The position numbers were made by a program, and so were the translations under genes. A stretch of DNA of 64,000 bases, taken from contig OX597835.1 in NCBI GenBank assembly GCA_951406725.2, forward strand, positions 20,584,001 through 20,648,000, given 5' to 3'. Origin of the DNA: Octopus vulgaris. Taxonomy: Eukaryota. Under the pieces are notes generated by a model, which was not told the DNA's origin, did not search any database, and saw only the letters and a program-made list of their open reading frames with translations. Shown piece by piece: positions 26,994-40,576 of the stretch. Every line of letters begins with the position of its first letter. The first letter of the stretch is position 1.

Positions 26994-28254
26994 TAGCTAC
27001 TGTCTCATACAGATACATTAACAGCGTCGAATTCCCTACTCCACGTGATATTTCTTATGATTAGCCATATCGTATATCTTTGGTTCGTTCATGTATGTAT
27101 GAATTATGATTGTTGCTTAATATTCAGACTCAATTAGGTAACAGAACAACAATTACCAATGCCGCTCTATCAGCGACCACCACACAATATTCCCAAACAC
27201 AATGCAACGGATTGATATATTTAAGTCTACTGTTAAATTAATTTTCTGCTTATTTCCAAACTCCCCAGTCTACTGAGGATCGTATAATATCTCTTGAAAT
27301 GCTCATTATAATGATGATGGCATGGTAAGCCAGACTGCATAGTTACACCAGCGATTGAATCAGAAAGGGACAACAAATTATAGTATCAACATGCGTGTCG
27401 TCTTACACGCGAGTTTAGGAAAGAAGAAAACATAACCAAATTAAATACAGTTTATGAATAAAGCAAAAATTGTGTATTTGCTTTCGGTTGTTGTTTATTA
27501 TAAACATTTTAAAGGAGTGCGTTGAAACCTCCTCGCCTTTGCAATGTATTCCCTTTCAGCATTAAGGATTATTCGTTTATTGTATTTTAGAGATTGTCTC
27601 AGCGGATTTTATACGTTAGTTTCACCATCTTCGATATCTTTGATATGTTTCGGTTGCCTTTCAATGGCTCCAGTTATCATAATCGAATTTAATAAGATAA
27701 AAAGAAAATGTTCGCTCAAATGAAATGTTGATTTCAGTAAACTGCCAGAGTTCTACGTAATGTGTCATTTTCTATTAGGGAAATATGAATAAATTGATTT
27801 GTGAGATAAAAGCATTTAGAATGATATTGCAATAATGAAATTCGTCATGATCTCGGATCAGGAGTTATACTTCATTTCTTCAAATAGAAACAAAAATAGT
27901 GACGAAGTATTTTTTGATATGGTCGTTCAAGCTCGTGGGCGAAGCCCATAAGTTTACTTCGTATCACAATTTACTGTCCTATAAATAGAGAAATCTACTG
28001 GGTAATAAGGGACTGAATACAGTGTAATTGCAATCAAATGTGACTGTGGTCTTGGAAGCAATATCTGTGATCATAGATATACTAGAACTAGATATACTAG
28101 AAACCAAGACTTATTACAACAAATATTGGTACAGTCAATCTGCTCTGTGATCGAAAGTGTATTTTATAAAATATATTTTCTCACATCTTAGATTACATAT
28201 ATTCTCATGTCAGGAACTTTTGGCTTTAGAAGATTTCCCTTTCTGCTATATATT

Positions 28255-28470
28255 GGTTTCAAATTTTTGCACAAGGGCAGCAATTTCGTGGGATGGGACT
28301 GAGTCGATTACATCGAGCCCAGTTTTCAGCTGTCACTTTAACGACCCCGAAAGAAAAAAAAAAGGCAAAGTCGACCTCGGCAGAATTTGAACTGAGAAAG
28401 TAAGGACAGTAAATACCGCTAAAGTTTTTTTCTTCTTTTCCCCGGCTTGATAACGATTCTACCAGCCTTC
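28255..28470 (-). mobile_element. SINE family C, diverged
   Basis: Contains GGCAAAGTCGACCTCGGCAGAATTTGAACT. Confidence 0.75.
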
Positions 28471-28639
28471 CCAGTTAACGTTTCTGCTATATATTACAAG
28501 ACTGTATAACTCAATACCATTTGTGCCATATTACGAAGAATTTTGTTTGATATGTGCTACGACTGGAAGTAGACTTTGTGGATACTACTACTTGGTGGAG
28601 CAACCATGTACAGGTTTACGTATATATATATATATATAT

Positions 28640-28686
<47 letters not shown>

Positions 28687-29580
28687 AAGATCAAGCTAAA
28701 AAATACACGGCATTCATTCATTAAAATCTAGTGTAAACTTAGGTCATTTTCTAACCATTCCAGATGGATTTTAATGAAGTGCAAGGGATGCTGCATCTCA
28801 TGCCAAGTGCTTCTTCTCACTGCCTTTCGCTTTCTGATTTTCTCATTTTCTTTCATTCAAAAACATCATTTCCTATCGTTGTAGCATACTAAACACTACT
28901 CACTTTTGGATGTTTTAGATGATCTTTTTTCTTCTTAATCACAATCACCACTAACACCATCACCACAATTCTCCTCACCTTCAATTCTCCTCACACCTTC
29001 AGCCATCTCCTCATCATCATCGTCTTTTTCATCTTCTTAGTCTCTTGTTTTGCTTCTTGTAAAATTTTGAATATATATGTGTGTATGTGTATTTTGTATG
29101 AATATATATTGATGTATATGTATATATGTATATGTATATACTTACACTCACACATGTGTATGAATGTGTGGATTAACGTACGTTCTATGCTGACATGTGC
29201 GTATGCATGAATATATGTATGAGTGGCGTTGATCTTCAAGACGAAGATCTATTTCTAAAGAATCTTCATATAAACAAATACATACACAAACGTTTACGTC
29301 AACTGCACGTGAGTCGATGTTGGAAATAAGAAGAAAGGCTATGCTTCCGAAAGTCTTTAAGATGGCGATCTATTAACGCATATTCATAACACAACATAAT
29401 GTACAAATTTGTTATTCGTTCTTTGGTGGTGGCCGTATTTAGAAAACAGCGTTCCGTGTTTATCTTGGGTAAGACAATACGAACTAATAACGAGTTGATG
29501 AAGAGGAATAAACAAGGTAATTAGAGGGTATCACGTGATAATTATTTACACGTACCAAGTGTTAGCGATACAGACAAATG

Positions 29581-29630
<50 letters not shown>

Positions 29631-29799
29631 TACACTTTTATTTACATACCTATCTATGCACATTCGTATGAATATCTATACTAACATATATTAGTATATG
29701 ACTACACATATACGCACGCATTACCGAACACACAGACAGATACACACAAACACACGCATTTAAGCAAATATATCTATCTATATGTTTCCATAGACAACA

Positions 29800-29845
<46 letters not shown>

Positions 29846-31725
29846 TTACATATATAAACATATATATATATATACATTTACATATATAAACATATATATA
29901 TACATATACATTTACATATATAAACATATATATATAGAGAGAGAGAGAGAGATAGACAGGCATACGAACAGACCGACACTTGTCTAAATATAAATGCATA
30001 CATATGTGTGTGTGTGTGTGTACGTGTGTGTGTGTTATGTTAGAAAATCTGATGTATTGCATACTTACTGACATGATAGCATGTATTCTTCGTTATATAA
30101 GTCTATATATGTGCATACATGAGTGTATATAACACACTTAAATATATACATACGTATGCCTTATATGCATAATATATATATATATATATATATACACTCA
30201 TACGCGCGCACGCACACCCACACCTATATATATATATATACACATACCTATATACACACATATATATATATATACATACATGCACACACATATATATATA
30301 TACGTAACCAAAAGCATTCATAGTGAAATATGTTTCGGTTACATTAGCAGTAATACAGTGTTACGTCTCTGAAAGTTATGAAAATGTTAGCCGTTTGTAG
30401 TCCTTACATAAGAAGCCGGACTGGATTTAGAATGAAGCTTCTAACATTTAACCTGAACTTATCCACCTTTAATTAACATGCATCAGCATTTGGCATACTC
30501 ATATTCCTCTAACTATAGCCTCGTGTTTCCTTATTAAAGTAATTAAGTAAATTACGTTTCTTTTATAAACTTGATTAGCGAATTCGGTTTCTCCTTATTC
30601 TATCAGATGGTTAAGTGATAATTTTTGGTTTTTGTTATTTTCTATCTTTTATCGTCTATTTGTGGCAGTGACCTGACTGCGGACATGGCGGAACACTGCA
30701 TTGAAGATTTGTTTTAGTCGAATAAGTCGATTTCATTCTTTTTTTAAAGCTTACTACTTAATCTACTGGTACAATAAGTGGTAGACCAAGTTAAGTGGAG
30801 AGAAAAGTTGCCGATCGCAAATCAGTACCTTGAAGATGAACGTGTATCTCTGGTTGTTTACCCCAGGACAGTGATCTGTGAAGAACCATGTTCCAACCGT
30901 GATAATTCCATTTTTTACGCAGACATTATATATGTCTATATATGTAGTGTGCACCACCTTCATAAAAAGAAGTGGGATGGAATTCGAGAAACTTCTGGCC
31001 GGTGTTTTTGGTTGCTATTATTTCTCTAAGCACGAAGCGACAGGCTCATAATGACACACCATCTTTTGTTGTTCTTGATATTTGGTGTAAATGATCCCCT
31101 TACGTTCCTTAGTTTTACTGCAACCAGTTCTTAAAGGGCTTACACGCAACGCATTAAAATGAACCAATGTATAGCTGGTTATATAATTCCTGGTTTAGTA
31201 GAGGAAATTCAACACTGCATGGCATTTAATCCGTTAATCTATTGTTTCACTCGATTCATCTTCCTCTTCCATTGTGAGATAATGACCTGGGAACCAATTA
31301 GTAGTTTAATATGGCAGAATTAGACGCGAAATTTCTGTCAATTTAAACCGTAATTTCCTACAAAACAAGGATACATAATAATGCAGTATTCTGCGCATTA
31401 CATGCAGTATTCTGAAAATGTATGGATGGTCACATGTGGGATTCCTACATGATAAATCTTTAAATATGGAGTAGGTGTGGTGAATCAACACCATTAACGG
31501 TAATTGCTTGAATAAATCTTCACACATCACAATCGAAACAAATACAAAGAGCGTAAACATAAACAACAGCGATTCTGTCATATTGGAGGACTGTCCCATC
31601 TTAATCTAATCTTCAATCATTCCCTTCACCCAGCCTCTGCATCGCACGAACACGCGTTATTGAGAAGAATGCCAACAATGCTCTGGTAACAACACATCTA
31701 AATATCAATAACATCACTAAAACAC

Positions 31726-31770
<45 letters not shown>

Positions 31771-31933
31771 TAATAATAATGATAATAATAATAATAATGA
31801 TAATAATAATAATGATGATGATGATAATAATAATAATAATAATAATGATAATAATAATAATAATAATGATAGTAATAATAATAATAACAATAATAATAAT
31901 AATAACAATAATAATGATAATAATAATAATAAC

Positions 31934-31980
<47 letters not shown>

Positions 31981-32030
31981 CAATAATAATGACAATAATA
32001 ATAATAATAATGATAATAATAATAATAATG

Positions 32031-32061
<31 letters not shown>

Positions 32062-32078
32062 GAATAATAATAATAATA
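31726..32078. repeat. Long imperfect (AAT)n microsatellite
   Basis: Seen directly. Confidence 0.95.
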
Positions 32079-32642
32079 AAAAGAAGAAACACGGCAACAA
32101 AATGAACATCACGTGCATGGTGATGTTGTCAGGATAGATCGCGCGCACAGACACACAGACACACACATATGAACATTACCGCACCTCAGTTTGTGAGAGA
32201 CATGAGTTAACACAAACTCTATTGATAGCAGAGTACATGAAACAGGAACTTTAAGGGGAGGCATCTCGCCCCGTCCTGGTTCAGTACATATATATGCCGA
32301 CTGAACTTATTCGCTAGTCTCAGAGAACATCAATTCAAAATAGTGTTGAGTGAAGAGAACAGCGTAGAGTTGCAGTGCTACTTGGAAAGTGAATAACATG
32401 TAAGAGGTTACAGAAAACGTATATTAGCATGTTGGTCACTGAAAGGTATGTTTTATATAGCAAATCATAGACTGGCGAACCAGGCTAGAAAGTTCTGGAG
32501 TAATATTTGGGGAAAACAAGTCAATCAAATTGGGGATGTGGCATAGATAAAGATAGTAAGGGACGAAGTAATACATGAGAAGAAGTCAGATCTAAATATC
32601 AACAAGTGCATTACTGAGTAAATGTTATATAGATGTTATATA

Positions 32643-32813
32643 GGCGCAAGAGTGGTTGTGTGGTAAGTAGCTTGCTAACCAAACACATGGTTCCGGGTTC
32701 AGTCCCACTACGTGGTATCTTGGGCAAGTGTCTTCTGCTATAGCCCCGGGCTGACCAATGCCTTGTGAGTGGATTTGGTAGACGGAAACTGAAAGAAGCC
32801 TGTCGTATATATG

Positions 32814-32844
<31 letters not shown>

Positions 32845-33055
32845 TTGTGTGTCTGTGCTTGTCCCCTTAGCATTGCTTGACAACAGTGTGTTTACATCCC
32901 CGTCACTTAGCGGTTCGGCAAAAAGAGACCGATGGAATAAGTACTGGGCTTACAAAGAATAAGTCCCGCAGTCGATTTGTTGGACTAAAGACGGTGCTCC
33001 AGCATGGCCGCAGTCAAATGACTGAAACAAGTAAAAGAATAAAGAATAAAAGAAT
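32643..33055 (+). mobile_element. SINE family B, full length
   Basis: Colinear with 17528 and 62139. Confidence 0.9.
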
Positions 33056-33289
33056 AGATGTATTGAAAACTTTCTATACAGCCCAACCAAATCCAAACAA
33101 TAACCTCATAGTACAAACATACATTTCATGGAAAAAAAAGTCAGTAGGCAATGAATTATGTAGATATATAGATGCAAATAAATTAGATAATGTACGTGGA
33201 GACATTATTAAGAATAAAAATTTACCGTCGCTGAAATTATCCAAATGGGGACAAAATTGTTGATGACAGACCAAATGAAAACAGTAACA

Positions 33290-35027
33290 ATTTAGACGAA
33301 ATAGATAAAAGGGGCGCAAAACACAGTGTACGAGCAGTATATCCCAACGAGGAGGAGGCTGAAGAAAGAATAGCGAAGAACAGAGATGCTGAAAAAGAGG
33401 AGAATGGGGATCTACCTCAAAAACAACAAAATTGATATGACAGAATTTGAGGTAGAAAACTTCATAGAAAGAAACAAATATATTATGAGAGAATTCAGCA
33501 AGACTGAGTTTACTGGCATGATGAACAGAGCACCGCTACTAAATTTCCCAAAGAGGATAAAAAATAGCAATAGTGCCATAATATATAACGTTGCTCTTAG
33601 ATCTAAGAAATAAGGGGGCGTGATAACAACCTTCAGTAATCTCATCTATTCCACTACTAAATATATAACTGCTCAATTACGTATTAGGACGACAGTAAAC
33701 GACCAATCATATCAATAAACCTTCAAAGTAACAATATAAAAAAGAGACTGAATCTCTGCAGGCGGATGTATCAGTTCTCGTTGGACTTGCTAGAGGTGTA
33801 AATAATAAGACGAAAAAAACTAGAATCTCAAGCAAAAATATAAAATCAAAGATGTTATAAACCTCCCTGCAACCAAGGAACTATTGAAACATTGTATACA
33901 GCTGAAAGCCCAACGGCTTAGATGTTATGATAAAAGAATCAATTTTTATCGTCAAAACAAGGCATTCAAGATGGATGCAAATTTTATAAGGAAATTGGTA
34001 AGATAGAAGTAAAGAAGTCACCTAAGTCTGAAGGAACAAGAGAGTTCTGGAAAAAGATATGGAGCCACAAAAAAGAATATAATGCTCAAGCTGACTAGAT
34101 AGAGGATGGAAAAGTGATATAGGCGACAATAGGAATAGAAGAGTAAAGATGTGTTCTTAGAAAGTCTCACAAAACCCAAGGACTAGAACGCATCCCTTAC
34201 TTCTGGCTGCATTGTTTGACAACAGTACACCAAAATTTCGCTGAACCCAGAGAAAATACCTGCCTGACTAACCGAAGGAACTGCGTACCTTCTGCCAAAA
34301 TTTGAAGACATAAAATATCCGAAGAACTGGCGATCAATAACATATCTCAAAACCACCTACAAGATCCTCACATCGATACTAACTGAAAGAATATACACTT
34401 TCCTTGAACAGAACTCTATCCTTCCACAAGCTCAAGAAGGTTGTAAAAGAAATTCTTATAGATTCAAAGATCAATTACTTATAAATAAAATGATTGTAGA
34501 GAGTTACCGGAACAAGAAGAACCTGAGTGTGGCATGGAGTTATAATAGGAAAGCGTTTGATAGTGTCCCATAAAATTGGCAACTGAAGGCCCTTGAGATA
34601 TACAAGATCTCTCCTGTCGTCTCCAAAATCATACAGGGCAGCATGGCCAAGTGGAACACACGTCTCTTTCTAAATTATAGTAATGGAATAATCCAGTCCA
34701 ACAACATCAACATCAAGCAAGACATTTGTCAAGGTGACTCCCTCTCATTACTCTTTTTCATGGCACTTATCAAAATCTCAATCGAACTGAATAAAACCAG
34801 GTCTGGGTACAAAATTGATGCATTTGGAAGTATCAGTACTCAACACGCCAACACAGGAGAAATAGACCGGTGCAAATATGAATGTAGAACACCTACAAAA
34901 ATCAACATTGCTTGAACTGCAAAAATTCTTCGCAGCGTTCTTGAAGCATGACCAGTAAACAAATGTAACCTTAGGTAGATCACTTTGGACACTTTCCATC
35001 ATACCCAGCAAAATAGACTGTGTTTTC

Positions 35028-35028
<1 letters not shown>
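33290..35028 (+). pseudogene. R4/Dong-like non-LTR retrotransposon, decayed and internally deleted, ending at (AAT)n
   Basis: RT motifs TEGTAYLLPK..YPKNWRSITYLKTTYKILTSIL, QEGCKR...KDQLLINK, RKAFDSVP and QGDSLS. These are followed shortly by the C-terminal LQKSTLL.TAKILRSVL, a short 3' UTR and (AAT)n at 35028-35100. Confidence 0.85.
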
Positions 35029-35105
<77 letters not shown>

Positions 35106-35107
35106 TA

Positions 35108-35316
35108 ATCCTTTCTACTATAAGCACATGCTCAGAAATTTTGGGGAAGGGGCCATGTCGATTACATGTTTTCCACTGGTACTTATTTCATCGACCCGGA
35201 AATGATGTAAGGGAAAGTCAACCTCACGGGTACTTGAACTCAAAACGTAGCGATAGGGCAAATACCACTAAACATTTCGCCCGGAGTGCTAATGATTCTA
35301 ACGACTCGCCGCCTTA
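35108..35316 (-). mobile_element. SINE family C (tail type 2), diverged
   Basis: The plus strand ends in CTCGCCGCCTT (the head on minus); the central domain is recognisable. Confidence 0.75.
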
Positions 35317-35920
35317 ATGATGATGATGATGATGATGATAATAATAATAACAACAACAACAGCAACAACAGCTAGAACACGGCACGAGTTATAAGAATTG
35401 CATTCAAACTTTGTGACATATTATATTAAATAATATATCAATTATTTGTTGCTGTGAAAACTTTTACTAACTGTCCAATTAACGAAGGAATTGAATTAAT
35501 ACCTCGCTTGATACAGTCGATGATCGATTCTTATTTTTACTGGTTTTAATTAAAGTAATTTACAGCGAAACTGTCGTCACTAAGCTTTAATTTCTGGAGA
35601 ATAATGGTGGAAATAATACTCTTTGGATTACACACCACAACACATCGCTCGGAACCTGATCGAAAATTATCTCCGCACGCTAAATTGCAGATGAAACTTA
35701 ACTAACTACACATTAGATATTATGCATACATGCCTGAAGAGAACCGGTGGCACATGCAGTCGATCACACATTGACACGTTTGTACATGCATGTAGGAATA
35801 AATTTATTGTTAGAAATACAAACATATCCCCATAGAAAAGTATATACACATGGGCGTATAGGAGGGGAAAATGCACATGTAATCATGAAACGACGCATAC
35901 ATAGGTAAACAGAAGCAGAA

Positions 35921-36084
35921 CACGCACACAACGACGCTAGCGTTCACACGCACACAACGACGCTAGCGTTCACACGCACACAACGACGCTAGCGTTCACA
36001 CGCACACAACGACGCTAGCGTTCACACGCACACAACGACGCTAGCATTCACACGCACACAACGACGCTAGCATTCACACGCACA
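35921..36084 (+). repeat. 26-bp tandem repeat, 6 copies (CACGCACACAACGACGCTAGCGTTCA)
   Basis: Seen directly; the last two units share a G>A variant. Confidence 0.95.
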
Positions 36085-36270
36085 CGCACAGTGACCCTAA
36101 CGCACATACACACATCCACACAAACATTCACGTGTGTTTGGATAAACACTCAGTCACATATACAACAATATTTTCACAGAAACATACATATATGATTACA
36201 TATGCAAATATACGAGTAGACATTTGAGGAGCAATATATAAATATAGACATATATATATATATATATATA

Positions 36271-36654
36271 CTAGCAGTATCGCCCGGCGTTGCTCAGGTT
36301 TGTAGGGGAAATAACTATAAAGCATTTTTAGAGAGTTATAGCCAAAAAATAGCAAAAAAATGGAAAAAAATGATGGTAAATTTTTTTTGAGAGTAAAAAA
36401 AGGTGGTGTTGCGTCCCCTAGACAGTTTGCAGTTTGTGTTTCTGATTCTTGACCCCATGCCGAATTTATCGATTTTTTTCAGAACTGGGGGAACTTTTCA
36501 AAATTTTCGCTGCGTTAGTTTTGAATTATGACATTGGGCTATGTGTGTGTCAAGTTTCATCAGAATCGGTTGAAAGCCGTGGTCAGGGTGAGGGTACAAG
36601 CAAACAGACACACAGAAACACGCACAGACAAACTGCCGTTTATATATAGAGAGA
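36271..36654 (-). mobile_element. Non-autonomous Helitron with the shared 3' end and a different 5' body
   Basis: The minus strand reads A|TCTCTCTATATATAAAC...GAGCAACGCCGGGCGATACTGCTAG|T. Confidence 0.82.
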
Positions 36655-37642
36655 TATATATAAATATATATGTATCATTACAGATATAGGGTGAAAGATA
36701 ATTATTTAATAAAATCAATACATTTCACCTAGTAGTATTTCGGTATGGAAAAGGACCATATTCGGTAAAAACTTATATAATTTTAACAATAATGGTTTTG
36801 CAACAAGTTGCTCGACCACAATACATATGTTAGTTGTCTACACCACCTGTCTTCGTCTTTTGTTTTGTTCTTTTTTTGTGAACTCTCCCCGTATATGTAC
36901 ACAAAGCGTACTGTTACGTACTTGCCCTTTAAATTTTCCATCATTTCTATTTGCAATGTTAGTTCCAGAATCGTCAGCCTCATTACGTAACTGGTTATTA
37001 TTGCTTGGGCAGGAATTGGAGAAATCTCATTCCAGATCTTCGCGATCATTGCCTCAAATCAAAATTCAAAGTCATTCATGACCAAAGTGAGATTTTATCC
37101 TTTACGTTCATCCTATATTAATTTTTTGTAAATTTAGGCCTACAAATCAGAGAGTTCCGACTGCTATTCTTAGAAGGCCAACGCGATCACATAAAAATAC
37201 TCACAGACTTGCGTAATTATGCAGTCGCATTTCTGTTCTGAAATTCCAATTCTAATCACTTGGAGGAAACATCGTCGTTAGTTATATCAGCATATTAAGC
37301 ATATTGTATTCATATCTACTTTATCATTGTTTCCTTCTTCAAATCGGCCATTATGTAGTTTGCGGGAAATTTGGTTGTTTTTTCTAATCGGTTGTGTTTC
37401 CCCATACAAGCATTCAGCGGCTGTCCTTTTCCTATAGACGCCTTATGAAACGTGACTGAAGGGTATCATTGAAAGTTTTAACCTAATATGAGGTGTTTTT
37501 GTTTGTTTCTAATATCCATGCCTTAAGAAACTCGAGCCATTCCCTTATAAGGTACCACCGTAGTTGTGCTTCAATTATCGCTGAAAATAGTGACAGTGAA
37601 AGAAACGGGTTTTTTTTCACATATTACTTTCACACTTACATT

Positions 37643-38225
37643 CTTTTCTACTCTAGGCATAAGGCCCGAAATTTTGGGGGAGGGGGCCAGTCGACTAAAT
37701 CGACCCCAGTACTCAACTGGTGCTTAATTTATCGACCCCGAAATTATGAAAAGCAAAGTCGACCTCGGCGGAATTTGAACTCAGAACTACAGACAATTTA
37801 ATACCTATTTCTTTACTACCCACAAGGAGCTAAACAAAGAAAGCACGAACAAGGACAGACAAACGGATTAAGTCGATTATATCGACCCCAGTGCGTAACT
37901 GGTACTTATTTTATCGACCCTGAAAAGGATGAACGGCAAAGTCGACCTCGGCGGAATTTGAACTCAGAACGTAGCGGTGGACGAAATACCTATTTCTTTA
38001 CTACCCACAAGGGGCTAAACACAGAGGGAGCGAACAAGGACAGACAAATGGATTAAGTCGATTATATCGACCCCAGTGCGTAACTGGTACTTATTTTACC
38101 GACCCTGAAAGGATGAATGGCAAAGTCGACCTCGGCGGAATTTGATCTCAGAATGTAGCGGCAGACGAAATACCGCTATAACATCTCGCCCGGCGCGCTA
38201 ACTTTTCTGTCAGCTCGCCGCCTTA
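37643..38225 (-). mobile_element. Tandem trimer of SINE family C
   Basis: One headed unit is followed by two headless units joined at AAATAGGTATT; the last unit has tail type 2. Confidence 0.88.
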
Positions 38226-38745
38226 CCTCCACTGATTACATTGAAATATAAACTGAGGTGTGTTGATCTATTTGAGAGGCATGTGTTTTGTAAAATATGA
38301 AACCTACAGAGGGATGCTGATGAATATCTGAGGTAGGGAAGGAAGGTGGGCTTAATGTAGAATTACGAAAACAATGCTATAGTGAATATTGCGCAGCCTT
38401 TGTCACTCTGCTTTCATTTTACTTGTTTTCCATCCCAAAAGCAGAAAATGGAATTTGCCGTTTAAATAGAAATAAAGGAAATGAAGGATATCCCGTCATT
38501 CTTCTAAGTGGCATATATTATAGCGAATATGTTAATACGAAATTAATATGCACAGTGCTTTACTGAATAATAAAGAATACCTGGTGGTAATTTAGATAAA
38601 TTCATATGTACAATACGCACATGTTTACGCATACACATGCTTCATTCACGTATTAAATACTCTGAAATAGCCGAAGAATTTACACTTTGGGAAGCATTTA
38701 CACTTTGCAGTGAAAAGCAGCAAATGCATTGAAATGTCACGTTGA

Positions 38746-39171
38746 GGATCTTTTCGGTTTGAACGGCAGTTTTTTCTAGCGGTGTCATATGAAATTGTCA
38801 CCCATAATTATAACCCTAGTATCGATCTATTGCATTTCAATCTGTTTTAGGGTTAGGGTCAGTTAGGGTTAAGGATGGGGGGAAGGGTATATTTTTTCTT
38901 CACAAATGTAAATACACCCAATCTGTTTCTTAAACGAGGGACATATTCATACGGCATAGAATGTTTTTACCTCAATAGATGTCAGTTATTGGTTGAAATT
39001 GCAGAAATTGAAGAGAAAAAAACAACAAATATCTTATGAACTATAGAATTTTCTCGATAAAGCCAAGAGAAAAAGATGCTTTATAAACACATTCTACCAG
39101 TATACGAAGTTTAACATTTTTTAGTTACCTAGAAATTATGTTAAAAACTGCCGTTCAAACCGAAAAGATCC
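38746..39171. mobile_element. MITE with perfect 29-bp TIRs and 8-bp TSD (Merlin-like or hAT)
   Basis: TIR GGATCTTTTCGGTTTGAACGGCAGTTTTT; TSD CACGTTGA at 38738-38745 and 39172-39179; internal TTAGGG repeats. Confidence 0.92.
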
Positions 39172-39324
39172 CACGTTGATAAGAACATTGGTCATCACCA
39201 AAGCTAATCTTTTTGAATTTTATCCTCGCAGTATTTTACCTAAACAATTGCTAAACTGAGAGCTAGCCGCAAGAAAACATGTATTTTCAATTATATGAAA
39301 TTTTGAATAGCATCACACATTGTT

Positions 39325-39530
39325 TTCGATTTTTGGCACAAGACCAACACGTTTGGGGGTAGGGACAAGTCCTAGACATCGATATTACTGCTCAGCTGAT
39401 ACTTATTTTTTCGATCCCGAAAGGAAAAAAGGTAAAGTATACATCGGCGGGATTTGAACTCAGAACGTATATACGGACTAAATGCCGCTATTTTTCCGGC
39501 GTGCTTACGATTCCGACAGCTCACGGACTT
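39325..39530 (-). mobile_element. SINE family C, old copy
   Basis: Contains the TCGGCGGGATTTGAACTCAGAACGTA block. Confidence 0.65.
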
Positions 39531-39637
39531 GGGAGACCCCTTAATAGATTGGGCATGCGGTTACAACTCCTGCATATTTCACTAGCCACATCTCTTTAAA
39601 ATGCACCTGACCCGTTTTAATGGCAATACATGTTCAT

Positions 39638-39845
39638 TTCAAATTTCGGCACAAGGTCAGCAATTTCAGAGGATAGGACAAGTCGATTGCAAGAACTCCA
39701 GTTCTGGGGAGCTTAATATGTCGACCCCAAAGGGATGAAAATTAAAGCTGACTCCGGCAGAATTTGAACTCAGAATATAAAGTCGGAAGAAATACTGCTG
39801 AGCATTTTGTCTGGCGTGATAACTATACTTTTAATTCCCTACCTT
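39638..39845 (-). mobile_element. SINE family C, old copy
   Basis: Contains the CGGCAGAATTTGAACTCAGAA block. Confidence 0.6.
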
Positions 39846-40392
39846 GGATGACATTAAATGATGAATTATTAAATTTACATTACCGCTTCTTCCATCGCCA
39901 TAATTACCTGTATGATGTGAGCAACGGAGAATATATTTCTTTAAAGCCAGTATTTCCACTTAATTAGCGAAATATATGTGGCACCTAAATGGCAGATGTG
40001 AAAGCAGTCCTACATTAAAATGATATTTAACTTCAAATGCAAAGTCACACAACTCATCTGATACTAAACGCCTTTATATACTATTGGAATAATGACTAAT
40101 TTTACTGATGAACAACTTGACTATGAAATCGGGATATTGGATCCCGTTGTACACACTCATCTAAAATCAAATATTTCTCTCCGACGTTTCTTCTGGTATG
40201 TTGCGGCGACTTGGGAGACCCCTTAATAGATTGGGTGTGCAGTTACAACTCCTGCATATTTCACTAGCCACTTCTCTTTAAAATGAACCTGGCCCGTTTT
40301 AAGAATGAAAACGAAATCGTTGATGGAATTACATTTGAAATATTATTATTGCTGAATCGAAGAGAAAAACCATCTCGGCTGGAAGACATCTT

Positions 40393-40576
40393 ACATGTGA
40401 TTTGTACCATTTCTTTCCTATTTGGTAGTGTTACCAATTATGATATACAGGCCACATGTAGGAAAATGTAGGATACACACAACATGTCATTTGTACCATT
40501 TGTTCCCTATTTGATAGTGTTACCAATTATGATATACAGACCACATGTAGGAAAATGTAGGATGCACACAACATGT
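40393..40576 (+). repeat. Tandem duplication with an 89-bp period
   Basis: ACATGT.ATTTGTACCATTT...GTAGGA.CACACA occurs twice. Confidence 0.85.

Noticed and set aside
35921-36084. 26-bp repeats with an internal palindrome (ACGCTAGCGT) as a CRISPR array
   Set aside because: The units are directly adjacent with no unique spacers; this is an ordinary minisatellite.
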